DNA of 40,386 nt from Nitrospiraceae bacterium (GCA_003170655.1 PMYY01000166.1:4013-44398), one strand, 5' to 3'. Shown: positions 25,632 through 35,664, counted from the stretch's first letter. Program-made: numbers and translations. Notes: a model not told the origin generated them from the letters alone.

Positions 25632-27455
25632 ATGCCTTGGAAAATGGATATCGATCCGACTGGAAATATAGGCCTGTCGGCGCTTATCGCGGCGGTCCCG
25701 ATACTCTTTCTTTTTTGGGCGCTAGCAATCAAGCGCATGAAGGGACACTTTGCAGCCATCGGCGGCACATCACTCGCCTTTGTCATCGCCATCCTCGTTT
25801 ACAAAATGCCAGTGGATCTGGCTCTGTTGTCTACGGTTTACGGTGCCTGCTTCGGACTGTTCCCGGTTTGCTGGATCATCATAACAGCGCTCTTTATTTA
25901 CAATATGTCAGTGAAAACGGGACAGTTCGAGGTGATAAAAAATTCCCTGGCCTCGATCTCCGATGACCGCCGGATGCAGGCGCTCCTGATCGCCTTTTCG
26001 TTCGGCGCGTTCATCGAGGGTGCGGCAGGTTTCGGCACGCCTGTTGCCATAACCGCAGCCATGCTTGCCGGGCTTGGGTTCAACCCGCTCTATGCAGCAG
26101 GCATTTGTTTGCTCGCCAACACTGCCCCTGTTGCTTACGGGGCCATCGGCATCCCGATAGTGGTTGGTGCGCAGGTTGCAGGAGTTCCTGAAATGGCCCT
26201 TAGCCAGCTCGTAGGCCGCACTCTGCCTTTCCTGAGCGTCCTTGTTCCCATGTACTTGGTCGTCCTCATGGCCGGCTGGAAGAAGGGCATCGAAGTATGG
26301 CCCGCCTGCCTCGTAAGCGGCGGTTCCTTCGCCCTGACTCAGTTTCTTTCTTCGAACTACATCGGTCCGTTGCTTCCGGATATTCTGGCATCGCTGGCAT
26401 CGATCATCGCTACTGTAGTATTTCTGAAATTCTGGCACCCCAAAGAAAGCTGGCACTTTCCGGATGAAAAACCAAGTCTGGGCAGGGAAGCCCTCAAGTA
26501 CACCGGCGGACAGGTCTTCAGGGCATGGGCGCCTTTTATCATCCTTTCGCTCTTCGTCTGCGCCTGGGGTATCAAGCCGGTCAATGCCGCACTGAACCAG
26601 ATCACAAAAACTATATTCGACTTCGCAATCCCTGTACCGGGCCTTGACAAGATGGTCATCGACCAGGCAGGAAAGGCTAAGCCTGCTGTCTTCAACCTGA
26701 ATATTCTGAGCGCCGCAGGCACTGCCATACTTTTCGCTTGGTTCTTCTCCATCCCGGTAATGGGTGCGTCTCTCGGCACCGCATTTAAAGTTGCGGGTAG
26801 CACGCTTAAGACCCTCAAGTGGCCTATTCTCACCATCGCCACTATTCTAGGTTTCGCCTATATAATGAACTTCTCGGGAATGGCGATCACACTTGGCACC
26901 GCCTTTGCCTCAACCGGAAAGATCTTCCCGTTCTTTGCGTCAATCCTGGGCTGGCTCGGGGTCTTCATGACAGGTTCCGACACCTCGACGAACGCCCTTT
27001 TCGGTAAACTCCAGGCAGTAACTGCTGAAAATATCGGCATTGATCCCGTCATCACTATTTCGGCAAATACCTGCGGCGGCGTCTGCGGAAAGATGATATC
27101 ACCTCAATCCATCTCGGTTGCAACGGGCGCTACCGGGCTCGTAGGCCATGAATCAGACATCTTCAGGTTCACCCTGAAGCATTCGATATTTTTTGCGTGC
27201 ATCGTCGGTGCCATGCACCTTCTCTGGGCGTATGTATTCCCCGGTATGGTTCCGACATACCAGAAGATAGCAGTGGCTGCCACAGCTGTAAAATCGGCTG
27301 TCAGCGCTGCCCCTGCTGCAGCGGTTAATCCGGACGGGTTGATGTACCTCGGCATTTTCGTCGGGTTGGTGGCGTTTGTAACGGTCCTTTCGAGGTTGAT
27401 AGGCAAGAATCTCACAGTCCAGGCAATTGGGGCTGACAGGATTCATTTTCACTAA
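25632..27455 (+). CDS. lctP: L-lactate/glycolate permease (LctP family)
   Basis: A polytopic membrane protein with LctP-family blocks (FGAFIEGAAGFGTPVAI, TGSDTSTNALFG). I use the start at ATG 25632 (GGAGGG SD) rather than the TTG at 25578. Confidence 0.9.
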   Translation: MPWKMDIDPTGNIGLSALIAAVPILFLFWALAIKRMKGHFAAIGGTSLAFVIAILVYKMPVDLALLSTVYGACFGLFPVCWIIITALFIYNMSVKTGQFEVIKNSLASISDDRRMQALLIAFSFGAFIEGAAGFGTPVAITAAMLAGLGFNPLYAAGICLLANTAPVAYGAIGIPIVVGAQVAGVPEMALSQLVGRTLPFLSVLVPMYLVVLMAGWKKGIEVWPACLVSGGSFALTQFLSSNYIGPLLPDILASLASIIATVVFLKFWHPKESWHFPDEKPSLGREALKYTGGQVFRAWAPFIILSLFVCAWGIKPVNAALNQITKTIFDFAIPVPGLDKMVIDQAGKAKPAVFNLNILSAAGTAILFAWFFSIPVMGASLGTAFKVAGSTLKTLKWPILTIATILGFAYIMNFSGMAITLGTAFASTGKIFPFFASILGWLGVFMTGSDTSTNALFGKLQAVTAENIGIDPVITISANTCGGVCGKMISPQSISVATGATGLVGHESDIFRFTLKHSIFFACIVGAMHLLWAYVFPGMVPTYQKIAVAATAVKSAVSAAPAAAVNPDGLMYLGIFVGLVAFVTVLSRLIGKNLTVQAIGADRIHFH

Positions 27456-27611
27456 ATCACGGGTAAAGGAAGGGGACGAGGCAGATGCTGCTTTCCCCCG
27501 CCGAAAAAAGACCAAGCGGCTGAGGGAAAGAGGGTTCCCGAGGTTTCAGGCCCTAGCCGCTTTGATCGTAAGCAGAAAAGCAACTAAGAGAACAGAGAAA
27601 CGGAGAAAGAC

Positions 27612-29006
27612 TTGATCGACAAGACAATCATAAAAGAGTTGGAAGAGATCGTGGGACCAAAAAACGTATTGAGCAGGAAGGTTGACCTTGTAACCTACAG
27701 TTACGACGCAACTTCTGATATGCCCAAGCAGGCGCCCGACATAGTTGTGCTGCCAACCACGACAACGGAGGTTCAGAGGATCGTCAACCTTGCGCAAGAG
27801 CAGGGGCTTGCCATATACCCGCGGGGCGCCGGCACAAACCTGAGCGGTGGCACGATACCACTCAAAAAAGGCATAGTTTTATCTTTTCAGAGGATGAGCA
27901 CGATCATCGAAGTCGATCCTGACAACCTGACTGCCACGGTGCAGCCGGGTGTCGTCATCCAGGAGCTGAACAATGCCGTCGCGCCTTTCGGGCTTATCTA
28001 CCCTCCGGACCCTGGGACGGTGGCAACGGCGACCATGGGGGGCTCCATTGCGGAGAACTCTGGAGGGTTGAGGGGTTTGAAGTACGGTGTCACAAAGCAC
28101 TATGTGATGGGCATGGAGGTGGTCCTTGCGAATGGCGACAAGGTTCGTTTCGGCGGGAAAACAGTGAAGAACGTGACCGCATACGACTTTGCCAATCTCT
28201 TCGTCGGGTCAGAGGGGACGCTTGGGATTGTCACCGAAATCACGGTAAAACTCATACCAAGTCCAAAGTATCGACGTTCCATGATGTGCCTGTTCAAGAA
28301 ACTGGAGGACGCCGGGAACACAGTAACCGGTATCATCAAGTCCCAGGTTATCCCTGCCACACTGGAGATCATGGACAAGATGACAATAGAGACTGTTGAA
28401 AACTACACTAGGATAGGACTGCCGACCGATGTGGAGGCGCTGCTTTTAGTTGAAGTGGACGGGATGGCGGAAGAAGTGGTCGAACGAGAGGCTCAGGCAG
28501 TGGCAAAAGTTGTCAAGGAAAATTGTGGCGAATTGAAGCTAGCCGGTTCTGATGCCGAGCGGGATCAACTCTGGGCGGCGCGGCGAGCAGCGTTGCCAGC
28601 CTTAGCCCAGTTGAACCCTACTGTAGTACTGGAGGACGCTACGGTGCCGAGAACGCGTGTAACCGACATGCTCCTATCCTGCCAGAAGATTGCAAAGAAG
28701 TACGACTTGAAAATGGGTACGTTCGGCCATGCCGGTGACGGCAACCTCCATCCGACGATCCTGACCGATGCAAACAATAAGGAGGAAATGGAACGGGTCC
28801 ACAAGGCCGTCGATGAGATTTTCGCCACAGCCCTGAGCTTTGGGGGGACACTGTCCGGCGAGCACGGAATCGGCATGGCGAAAATGAGATACCTCGGGGA
28901 CGAGATCGGTGAGAGCGGGCTCAGGATGATGCGGAGCGTCAAGGAGGCTCTGGACCCGCACTACCTGTTGAATCCCGGCAAGATGGTACCTGCAAAGGAG
29001 GCATAG
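27612..29006 (+). CDS. glcD: FAD-binding oxidase, GlcD / D-lactate dehydrogenase family
   Basis: 464 aa. FAD_binding_4 pattern (IYPRGAGTNLSGG) and the C-terminal GTLSGEHGIGMAK, LDP...LNPGK. TTG start with a GGAG SD. Confidence 0.9.
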   Translation: MIDKTIIKELEEIVGPKNVLSRKVDLVTYSYDATSDMPKQAPDIVVLPTTTTEVQRIVNLAQEQGLAIYPRGAGTNLSGGTIPLKKGIVLSFQRMSTIIEVDPDNLTATVQPGVVIQELNNAVAPFGLIYPPDPGTVATATMGGSIAENSGGLRGLKYGVTKHYVMGMEVVLANGDKVRFGGKTVKNVTAYDFANLFVGSEGTLGIVTEITVKLIPSPKYRRSMMCLFKKLEDAGNTVTGIIKSQVIPATLEIMDKMTIETVENYTRIGLPTDVEALLLVEVDGMAEEVVEREAQAVAKVVKENCGELKLAGSDAERDQLWAARRAALPALAQLNPTVVLEDATVPRTRVTDMLLSCQKIAKKYDLKMGTFGHAGDGNLHPTILTDANNKEEMERVHKAVDEIFATALSFGGTLSGEHGIGMAKMRYLGDEIGESGLRMMRSVKEALDPHYLLNPGKMVPAKEA

Positions 29007-29008
29007 AC

Positions 29009-30367
29009 ATGACTATTGCAGGGGTCGAAAAAAGCAGAGGCACGGCTACCCTCTATGACGAGCTTGGGCCCGTCAGGGAGGAATTGAATAAGTGCATGAA
29101 GTGCGGCAACTGTATGGCTGTCTGCCCAGTCTATCTTACCGACAAAGCAGAGGCAGGCGTGGCACGTGGGAAGATTGCCGTGGCAGAAGCGGTTCTCTCA
29201 GGGGAACTTGATATTGTCGACCCTGACGTTGTCGCGATGCTATTCAATTGTCTTGTCTGCAAGTCCTGCATGCAGAACTGTCCGACCAAGGTGAATTTCG
29301 ATCGTATCATGCTCGCACTGCGTGCCGCCATCGTGAGAAAGAAGGGACTTCACCCACTCAAGAATATGATCTTCAGCCTCCTGAAGCAGCCCAAATTGTT
29401 CGATGCCGGCATGAAGGTCGGCGCGGCGCTCCAGGGGCTAGCTTTCCGTGACGATCCAAGCAAAAAGGCTATTTCACCACGGTCGCCATTCGCCTTTGTC
29501 GGAAAGAACTACGGCTTCGACCTCCATCGGTCGTTGCCCGAACTAGCGCCGACCCCTTTCCGTGACTGGGTGCCGGAGGTGGTGAAGGTTAAGGACGCAA
29601 AGACAAGAGCGGCTTTTTTTACCGGCTGTTCGGTCAACTACTTCTATCCCCAGGTCGGTGAGGACGTGGTGGAGGTCTTCAAGGAGAACAGGGTTCAGAT
29701 CAATATCCCGAAGGATCAGCAGTGCTGCGGCATTGCCGTATTCGTACATGGCGATGTGAAAACCGTACGGGAACTGGCGCGGAAGAATCTTGACGCCGTC
29801 GAAAAGAGCGGAGCTGAGTACTTAGTTACTGCCTGCGGCTCTTGTGGAGGGGCCTGGCAGCACGAATACAGTGAGCTCCTCGGGGATGACCCAGTCTATG
29901 GCCCGAAGGCTGCATACTGGTCAGCCCGTACCTATGACATCTCCACCTTCCTCACCAAGGTCATCGACTACCGTCTTCCGACAGGAAAGGTTGAAGCCGT
30001 CGTCACCTACCATGACTCATGCCACCTAAAAAAGACGATGAAGGTGAGTCAGGAACCGCGGCAGATCCTGATGAGCATACCGGGCGTGAAGTTCAAAGAA
30101 ATGGCAAAGCCGGATGCCTGTTGCGGGAGCGGAGGATCTTATCTGCTCACCCATTACGATACTTCAAAGGAAATTGCGCAGAGGAAGGTGGCTGATATTA
30201 ACCAGACACAAGCAGATCAGGTGACGACCGGCTGTCCGGCCTGCATGATGCAGCTGCTTGACCATGTCGGACGTTTCGGCCGCGGGCAGAAGATCGCGCA
30301 CTACATATCTCTGCTAGCGGAATCGTACCGGAGGGAGAAGAGTGGAGGAAACGGCAATGTTCGATAA
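29009..30367 (+). CDS. glcF: Fe-S oxidoreductase, GlcF-like (2x[4Fe-4S] + two CCG domains)
   Basis: CMKCGNCMAVCP and CLVCKSCMQNCP ferredoxin motifs. CCG motifs in FFTGCSVNYF...QQCCG and YHDSCHL...ACCGSGG. Confidence 0.85.
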   Translation: MTIAGVEKSRGTATLYDELGPVREELNKCMKCGNCMAVCPVYLTDKAEAGVARGKIAVAEAVLSGELDIVDPDVVAMLFNCLVCKSCMQNCPTKVNFDRIMLALRAAIVRKKGLHPLKNMIFSLLKQPKLFDAGMKVGAALQGLAFRDDPSKKAISPRSPFAFVGKNYGFDLHRSLPELAPTPFRDWVPEVVKVKDAKTRAAFFTGCSVNYFYPQVGEDVVEVFKENRVQINIPKDQQCCGIAVFVHGDVKTVRELARKNLDAVEKSGAEYLVTACGSCGGAWQHEYSELLGDDPVYGPKAAYWSARTYDISTFLTKVIDYRLPTGKVEAVVTYHDSCHLKKTMKVSQEPRQILMSIPGVKFKEMAKPDACCGSGGSYLLTHYDTSKEIAQRKVADINQTQADQVTTGCPACMMQLLDHVGRFGRGQKIAHYISLLAESYRREKSGGNGNVR

Positions 30368-30902
30368 GTTCAAGTCCCGCGCCGAGGCGGTCAGCGCCGA
30401 GGTGCACCGCTTTTCTACAAAGGATGAGGCTTTGATGTTCATCATCGACGTCTTGAAGAAGGAGGGGGTGTCAGACAGCCCACGGGCATATGCAGTGTGG
30501 GCCGATTGTCCCTTCCTCAAGGGCATCGATCGGGCGATGCTCGCGGGAAAAGTCCCTGGTCTCACATTCGAAGTGACCAGAGAGACGGCGGCAATGTCAC
30601 ACGTAGGCATAAGCCAGATGGACTGGGCGATAGCGAATACCGGAACACTGGCCCAGGATTCAACGCCTTTCGAACAGCGACTGGCCTCGTCTCTGTCATT
30701 TATTCACATAGCGCTGGTCGCTACCGATGGGCTCCTGGCAGACATGCCCTCTCTGCTGACGAAGATAAACCCCAAAGAGAGCAGCTACATAGCGATGATA
30801 ACAGGACCGAGCAGGACAGCGGATATTGAGCGTGTGCTCACAATCGGCGTTCACGGACCGCAGAGGCTTATCATCGTTTTCGTCGATGAATTGAAAGGCT
30901 GA
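30357..30902 (+). CDS. lutC: LUD-domain protein LutC (lactate utilisation protein C)
   Basis: GISQMDWAIANTGTL and GPSRTADIE motifs of LutC/YkgG. ATG 30357 with a GGAGG SD; it overlaps the glcF end by 11 nt. Confidence 0.8.
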   Translation: MFDKFKSRAEAVSAEVHRFSTKDEALMFIIDVLKKEGVSDSPRAYAVWADCPFLKGIDRAMLAGKVPGLTFEVTRETAAMSHVGISQMDWAIANTGTLAQDSTPFEQRLASSLSFIHIALVATDGLLADMPSLLTKINPKESSYIAMITGPSRTADIERVLTIGVHGPQRLIIVFVDELKG

Positions 30903-30906
30903 ACTG

Positions 30907-33039
30907 ATGAATAAGGAATTCAGAGATTCGATAAGCAAAGCGCTTCACAATGCGAACCTTACGGGCGCGCTCGGCAGATTCTCCGAGACCTACAGGACTA
31001 GCAGGCTAAAGGCATACGAGGGCATTGATTTTGAGGTCTTAAGGACAAGGATCGCCGAATTGAAATCCTACGCCGCATCGCATCTGAATGTACTTTCGGA
31101 GCTGTTCGCAAAGAATGCCGAGGCAAAGGGTGCAAAGGTTTTCAGGACGAACAGTCCCGAAAAGGTAAAGGAATATATCCTCCAGGTCGCACGTGAAAAT
31201 GATGTCAAGAGTATCGTTAAATCCAAGTCTATGGCCTCTGAAGAGATCCACCTTAACCCTTATCTCGAACAGCATGGGCTTTCGGTTATGGAGACTGACC
31301 TTGGCGAATGGATCATTCAGCTTGCCGGACAGACACCATCGCATATGGTTATGCCTGCAATCCATATGACCAAGGAAGAGGTTTCGGACCTCTTCAGCAA
31401 GGAGATTAACGAAAGGCTCAGTTCCGACATCCCGAAGCTCGTCAAGGTGGCGAGAAAAGAGATTCGCAGCAAGTTTCTCGAAGCGGATATGGGCATATCG
31501 GGAGCGAACATAGCCGTGGCTGAGACAGGAAGCATCGTCCTTGTGACCAACGAGGGAAATGCGAGACTCGTGACGACCCTTCCCAAGGTTCATGTGGCGA
31601 TCATCGGTATCGAAAAGCTGGTTGCCAACTTTGAAGACATCGTACCGATTCTGACCGCCTTGCCTAAGAGCGCCACGGGCCAGCTTATTACCAGCTATGT
31701 CTCGATTATAACCGGCCCGACGCCCAATACCGACGGTTCGATGAAGGACCTGCATATAATCCTCATGGACAACCGCAGGACTGAGATGGCGAACGACCCC
31801 AAATTCAAACAGGCGCTCCAGTGCATCCGTTGCGCCTCATGCCTCAACGTATGCCCGATATACCGGCTTGTGGGCGGCCATGTATTCGGAAAGGTCTATA
31901 CCGGAGGCATCGGCACCATCCTCACTGCCTGGTTTGATGAGCTGAAGAAATCCGAAGATATCCAGGGTCTCTGCATCCAGTGCGGCAACTGCAAAGAGGT
32001 CTGCCCAGGCAAGATCGACATTCCCGAAATGATACTTGAGATTAGGCGCCGTCTTGTCGTGGACAAAGGACAGTCCCTGGTCCAGAAGGCAATCTTCTCT
32101 GTGGTGAACAACCGCCGGTTGTTTCACTCTATGCTGCGCACAGCATCTCTCACGCAGTTGCCATTTGCCAAAGGTGGATTTATCCGCCACCTGCCGATGT
32201 TCCTGTCCGATCTCACCGAGTTCAGGAGTCTGCCTGCCATAGCCGATGTGCCTTTCAGGGACAAGTTCAAAGAGATCAAGCAGCCGAACCTGAAAGAGAA
32301 GGCTACATTCTACGCAGGATGCCTCATCGATTTCGCGTATCCTGAAACCGGAGCGGCGATTGTGAGGATATTGAACAAGGCAGGCATCGAGGTGGTATTC
32401 CCGGATGAGCAGACCTGTTGCGGCGCACCTGCCAGGTATAACGGCGCCTATGAGGTTGCAGCTCAGAATGCGATCGACAATATCAAGGCCCTCACGAAGG
32501 ACAAGACTAAATATGTGATATCGGCTTGTCCGACCTGCACTGTGGCCCTCAAGCACGAATTCATAAACACCTTCGAGAGTCTAGGTAATAACGACTGGAT
32601 GGATCAGGCGCATGAGTTGTCTGCAAGGACAATGGATTTCTCCACACTGATAAAGAAACTGGTAGACGAAGGACGCCTGACCCTCAAAGAGAGGCAACAG
32701 CTAGGAAAATTTACCTATCACGACTCTTGCCATCTCAAAAGGACCCTCAATGTCCATGAGGCGCCGAGGGAACTCATGAAAAAGGCCGGATTCGAGCTTG
32801 TGGAGATGTTCGAGTCGGACATGTGCTGCGGCATGGGAGGGTCTTATTCGATAAAGCTGCCGGAGATCTCTGCGCCGATCCTGAAAAGGAAACTTAAGAA
32901 CATCAAGGATACTTCAGTTCCAGTAGTCGCTATGGATTGCCCCGGTTGTGTCATGCAGATCAGGGGAGGCTTCGACAAGGATAAAGCGGCAGTCGCAGTC
33001 AAGCATACTGCTGAGCTGCTTGAGGAGCAATTCAAATAG
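30907..33039 (+). CDS. lutB: LutB-LutA fusion: LUD-domain Fe-S protein fused to a CCG-domain Fe-S oxidoreductase
   Basis: 710 aa. The N-terminal ~450 aa are LutB-like (ISGANIAVAETGSIVLVTNEGNARL, CIRCASCLNVCP, CIQCGNCKEVCP). The C-terminal ~250 aa are LutA-like (FYAGCLIDFAYPE...QTCCGAP, YHDSCHL...MCCGMGG). Confidence 0.85.
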   Translation: MNKEFRDSISKALHNANLTGALGRFSETYRTSRLKAYEGIDFEVLRTRIAELKSYAASHLNVLSELFAKNAEAKGAKVFRTNSPEKVKEYILQVARENDVKSIVKSKSMASEEIHLNPYLEQHGLSVMETDLGEWIIQLAGQTPSHMVMPAIHMTKEEVSDLFSKEINERLSSDIPKLVKVARKEIRSKFLEADMGISGANIAVAETGSIVLVTNEGNARLVTTLPKVHVAIIGIEKLVANFEDIVPILTALPKSATGQLITSYVSIITGPTPNTDGSMKDLHIILMDNRRTEMANDPKFKQALQCIRCASCLNVCPIYRLVGGHVFGKVYTGGIGTILTAWFDELKKSEDIQGLCIQCGNCKEVCPGKIDIPEMILEIRRRLVVDKGQSLVQKAIFSVVNNRRLFHSMLRTASLTQLPFAKGGFIRHLPMFLSDLTEFRSLPAIADVPFRDKFKEIKQPNLKEKATFYAGCLIDFAYPETGAAIVRILNKAGIEVVFPDEQTCCGAPARYNGAYEVAAQNAIDNIKALTKDKTKYVISACPTCTVALKHEFINTFESLGNNDWMDQAHELSARTMDFSTLIKKLVDEGRLTLKERQQLGKFTYHDSCHLKRTLNVHEAPRELMKKAGFELVEMFESDMCCGMGGSYSIKLPEISAPILKRKLKNIKDTSVPVVAMDCPGCVMQIRGGFDKDKAAVAVKHTAELLEEQFK

Positions 33040-33108
33040 GGTATCATTAAAGTCGATTAGCCCTACGAATATTCTCCGTGTTCCCGTTAGGCAGACGTAA
33101 TTCAAGCC

Positions 33109-33948
33109 TCATGGGTTTGTATCCAAGAGCCGTATGAGTCCGACGAAGTCATCATCCGCCCAACCGGCTGACATTCCCTGGTCATAGATTTTTTTAAGAT
33201 GTACGGTTTGTTCGAGTGACAAAGAGTGATCCGCAGCAGTTTCCAATGCCAGGCGAAGATCTTTCGCCATATGCTTGAGTGAAAACTGAGGGGTGTAATC
33301 GCGCTGACGCAGCTTTGGTTCTTTAAGATCCGAAACTCCCGAACGGGAAGCATTTCGCGCTAGCGCATTAAAATATACTTCATCCGAGATTCCCTCCACC
33401 CGGCACAAAGTCAGGCTCTCGAACAAAGTTTGGGCGACACCGGCGATGTTCAAGTTCATAGCAAGCTTCAGCGAACTGGCTGACCCCAGTGGCCCTATAT
33501 GGAGGATGGCACTAGATATAGGTTCTAGGATTGGGCGTGCCTTATCGACAACTTCCGGTTCGCCGCCAAGATAATAAACGGTTTGCCGCTGCTCCGCCGC
33601 AAGTTTGCTTCCTGTGAAGGGCGCTTCTAAAAACAATGCGCCGGTCCGCTGCACCTGCTCGGCAAAAAGTCGAGTCCATCTGGCGGAAATTGTGCTCGAT
33701 TGGATCACCAATAATCCGTGGCCGAGCTTTGGTTGAATCTTATCCAACACGGATTGCACTGCCGGAGGGTCGGCGACGACGATGAAGATCACCTCCGCTC
33801 CTTCTATCGCTTCCTGAATGGATGCATGAAAGTTGGGGAAATCTTTGGGCGTCCGGTTCCAGCATCGCACGGCATGGCCATCGGAGATCAGATTTTTCGC
33901 CCATGCGCTTCCGATAATGCCTAACCCTAAGACTGATATTTTCATCAT
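33109..33948 (-). CDS. NAD(P)-dependent beta-hydroxyacid dehydrogenase family oxidoreductase (MmsB/GarR-like)
   Basis: 279 aa. The N-terminal Rossmann motif ISVLGLGIIGSAWAKNL, APFTGSK, and the C-terminal all-helical domain pattern. Confidence 0.8.
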   Translation of the reverse strand: MMKISVLGLGIIGSAWAKNLISDGHAVRCWNRTPKDFPNFHASIQEAIEGAEVIFIVVADPPAVQSVLDKIQPKLGHGLLVIQSSTISARWTRLFAEQVQRTGALFLEAPFTGSKLAAEQRQTVYYLGGEPEVVDKARPILEPISSAILHIGPLGSASSLKLAMNLNIAGVAQTLFESLTLCRVEGISDEVYFNALARNASRSGVSDLKEPKLRQRDYTPQFSLKHMAKDLRLALETAADHSLSLEQTVHLKKIYDQGMSAGWADDDFVGLIRLLDTNP

Positions 33949-33978
33949 TTTTTGTCCTTTCTTGATTGGTATACATCA

Positions 33979-34006
33979 ATATTATCATTGTGTTTTTCTT
34001 TGTCAA
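33979..34006 (-). promoter_or_regulatory. candidate sigma-70 promoter of the dehydrogenase gene
   Basis: The minus strand has TTGACA (34006-34001), a 16-nt spacer and TAATAT (33984-33979), about 30 nt before the ATG. Confidence 0.5.
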
Positions 34007-34228
34007 CTCGGAAAAGTTATTACTGGTCCACGGAGGACTCTGGGGAAAGGAGGCGGAGAAATCCGTATTAGTGGTGAAAGAAACAAACTGATCGCGAAAT
34101 AGAATCAATAAATCTCAGCACTCTATGCCGGATTAAATCTGGAGCCCGTACATCCTTATAAACGGAAATCGGCAGTTTGCTTGCTGAAAAAATGAGAACT
34201 CCGTAGTGAACATACTACCCAGATCTGG

Positions 34229-34873
34229 TCATCCCTTTGCTAGTCTCTGTCCCATCTCAAATGCTTTATGACAATCATGAGGAAACACTTCATTGTGCCT
34301 CTTTATCTTACTCTCAGGATCAAATCGAGGAGCAACATATTTAGAGTAATCTTTAAACTGCAACGTATCAAAGCAGCACAGTGACTCTGAAGACCCAAAG
34401 GTTCTTGTTAGGAACATTGAAATCAAATTCATGAACTGACTGTAGCCTAACTGGTTCATAGCTTCTTCAGTAACACCCATCGTATAGATGAACCCTGTTA
34501 TTATCTGCCGGTTAAAAAGCGAACCCGGCGGGTCCGTATATGTCAGATACTGGAAAACGAGGCGTTCCAAGAATGAGCGCATCTCTCCTGTAACATTTCC
34601 CAAATAAATAGGAGAGCCAAAAATAAGAGCATCAGCGCTCTCAATTTTCTTGAAAATGGGCTTAAGGTCATCAGTGACGATGCATTCTCCATAACTCTTT
34701 CCACCTTTTGTCTTACAGGCAAAACAGCTTATACATCCTTTATAGCTGAGGTCGTAGAGGTGAATAAGTCTTGTTTTTGCTCCCTGAGAGTTTGCTCCTT
34801 CCAAAGCTTTTTCAAGCAGCATCGCCGTGTTCCAGTGCTTCCGTGGACTTCCGTTAAATGCAATTACTTTCAT
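34229..34873 (-). CDS. flavodoxin-like NADPH-dependent FMN reductase / iron-sulfur flavoprotein family
   Basis: 214 aa. MKVIAFNGSPRK...NT phosphate-binding start, a Cys cluster (YKGCISCFACK...C), and DALIFGSPIY. About 37-40% GC. Confidence 0.8.
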   Translation of the reverse strand: MKVIAFNGSPRKHWNTAMLLEKALEGANSQGAKTRLIHLYDLSYKGCISCFACKTKGGKSYGECIVTDDLKPIFKKIESADALIFGSPIYLGNVTGEMRSFLERLVFQYLTYTDPPGSLFNRQIITGFIYTMGVTEEAMNQLGYSQFMNLISMFLTRTFGSSESLCCFDTLQFKDYSKYVAPRFDPESKIKRHNEVFPHDCHKAFEMGQRLAKG

Positions 34874-34976
34874 GGGTGCCCTCCTCAGCTGATAACTTCG
34901 TGGTTTACTCTAATTTGGTCGCCTTTCAAATTAAGGAGTAGTGCCGCAATGAATGATAAACGTGTAAAGCCTCTAA

Positions 34977-35474
34977 TTACAGTTTCGGCAGATACTCATC
35001 TTTTGTCAGCCACAGTTGCTCCATGCGGTACATATGCCAGTAATCATGAAGCAGAACATGTCTGACTAGAATCCTGAAGGAATAATACTCATATTCCGGG
35101 TGTGTACCAGTCTTCTGCCATATAATATCATCTGTGTCTTCTAGCAGCACAATTTCTTTGTCCCGATAGTTTGCAAACTGTTCGATGGCAGAGGTCACGT
35201 TTATATGAGGATGGCTAAGTGACTCGGGCTTCGCATCGCTTGGAATATAAGGGATAAACTCCGGGTGATCCTCATTGATGAATCGTTGAAAACGCTCCAG
35301 CAGCATCGGCTGTACTTCAGCTAAGTGCCTGATATGTTCTGCGATCGTCCAGAAATCTTCACCTCGGCGCAGATATATTTTGTCTTTCGGAATGGTTTTT
35401 AGAAATTCAGACAATATCTTTGGTGTTTGTCTGAGACCTTTCAATAATTCTCGTTTATCCTGAGTGCTATTCAT
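34977..35474 (-). CDS. DinB-family (DinB_2-type four-helix bundle) protein
   Basis: I use the start at ATG 35474 (AGGAGG SD) rather than 35504. WTIAEHIRHLAEV..., a His triad pattern, and the C-terminal LLHDYWHMYRMEQL. Low GC. Confidence 0.7.
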   Translation of the reverse strand: MNSTQDKRELLKGLRQTPKILSEFLKTIPKDKIYLRRGEDFWTIAEHIRHLAEVQPMLLERFQRFINEDHPEFIPYIPSDAKPESLSHPHINVTSAIEQFANYRDKEIVLLEDTDDIIWQKTGTHPEYEYYSFRILVRHVLLHDYWHMYRMEQLWLTKDEYLPKL

Positions 35475-35664
35475 CCCTTGCCTCCTTTTTCCCTTCCTAT
35501 TCATTTACCGGAGCGAACAAATTCCATGACTTCGTGCCAGCATCGCCCATCAACTGACGTCGGCTAGTCGTTATGTCCTGCGCCATCAATTATCCATTTT
35601 TCTTGCTGCCTATAAAATACATCCGCATGTCGATTCGGAATTATCTCATCCCTCTCGGCCCCTC

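Noticed and set aside
33979-33988. A 10-bp direct repeat, ATATTATCAT, at 33979-33988 and 36079-36088, considered as att-like boundaries of the low-GC islet.
   Set aside because: Both copies coincide with -10 promoter elements of minus-strand genes in AT-rich DNA. The chance probability is not negligible (roughly 0.05-0.1 or higher given the AT bias). No integrase is present, and the left copy lies 250 bp outside the GC drop.
35534-35548. TGGCAC hexamers resembling sigma-54 -24 boxes: upstream of the DinB-family gene (minus strand, 35534-35539) and at 7946-7951 (plus strand).
   Set aside because: The -12 GC dinucleotide is missing at the required GG-N10-GC spacing. The 7946 site also points into the 3' end of lexA.
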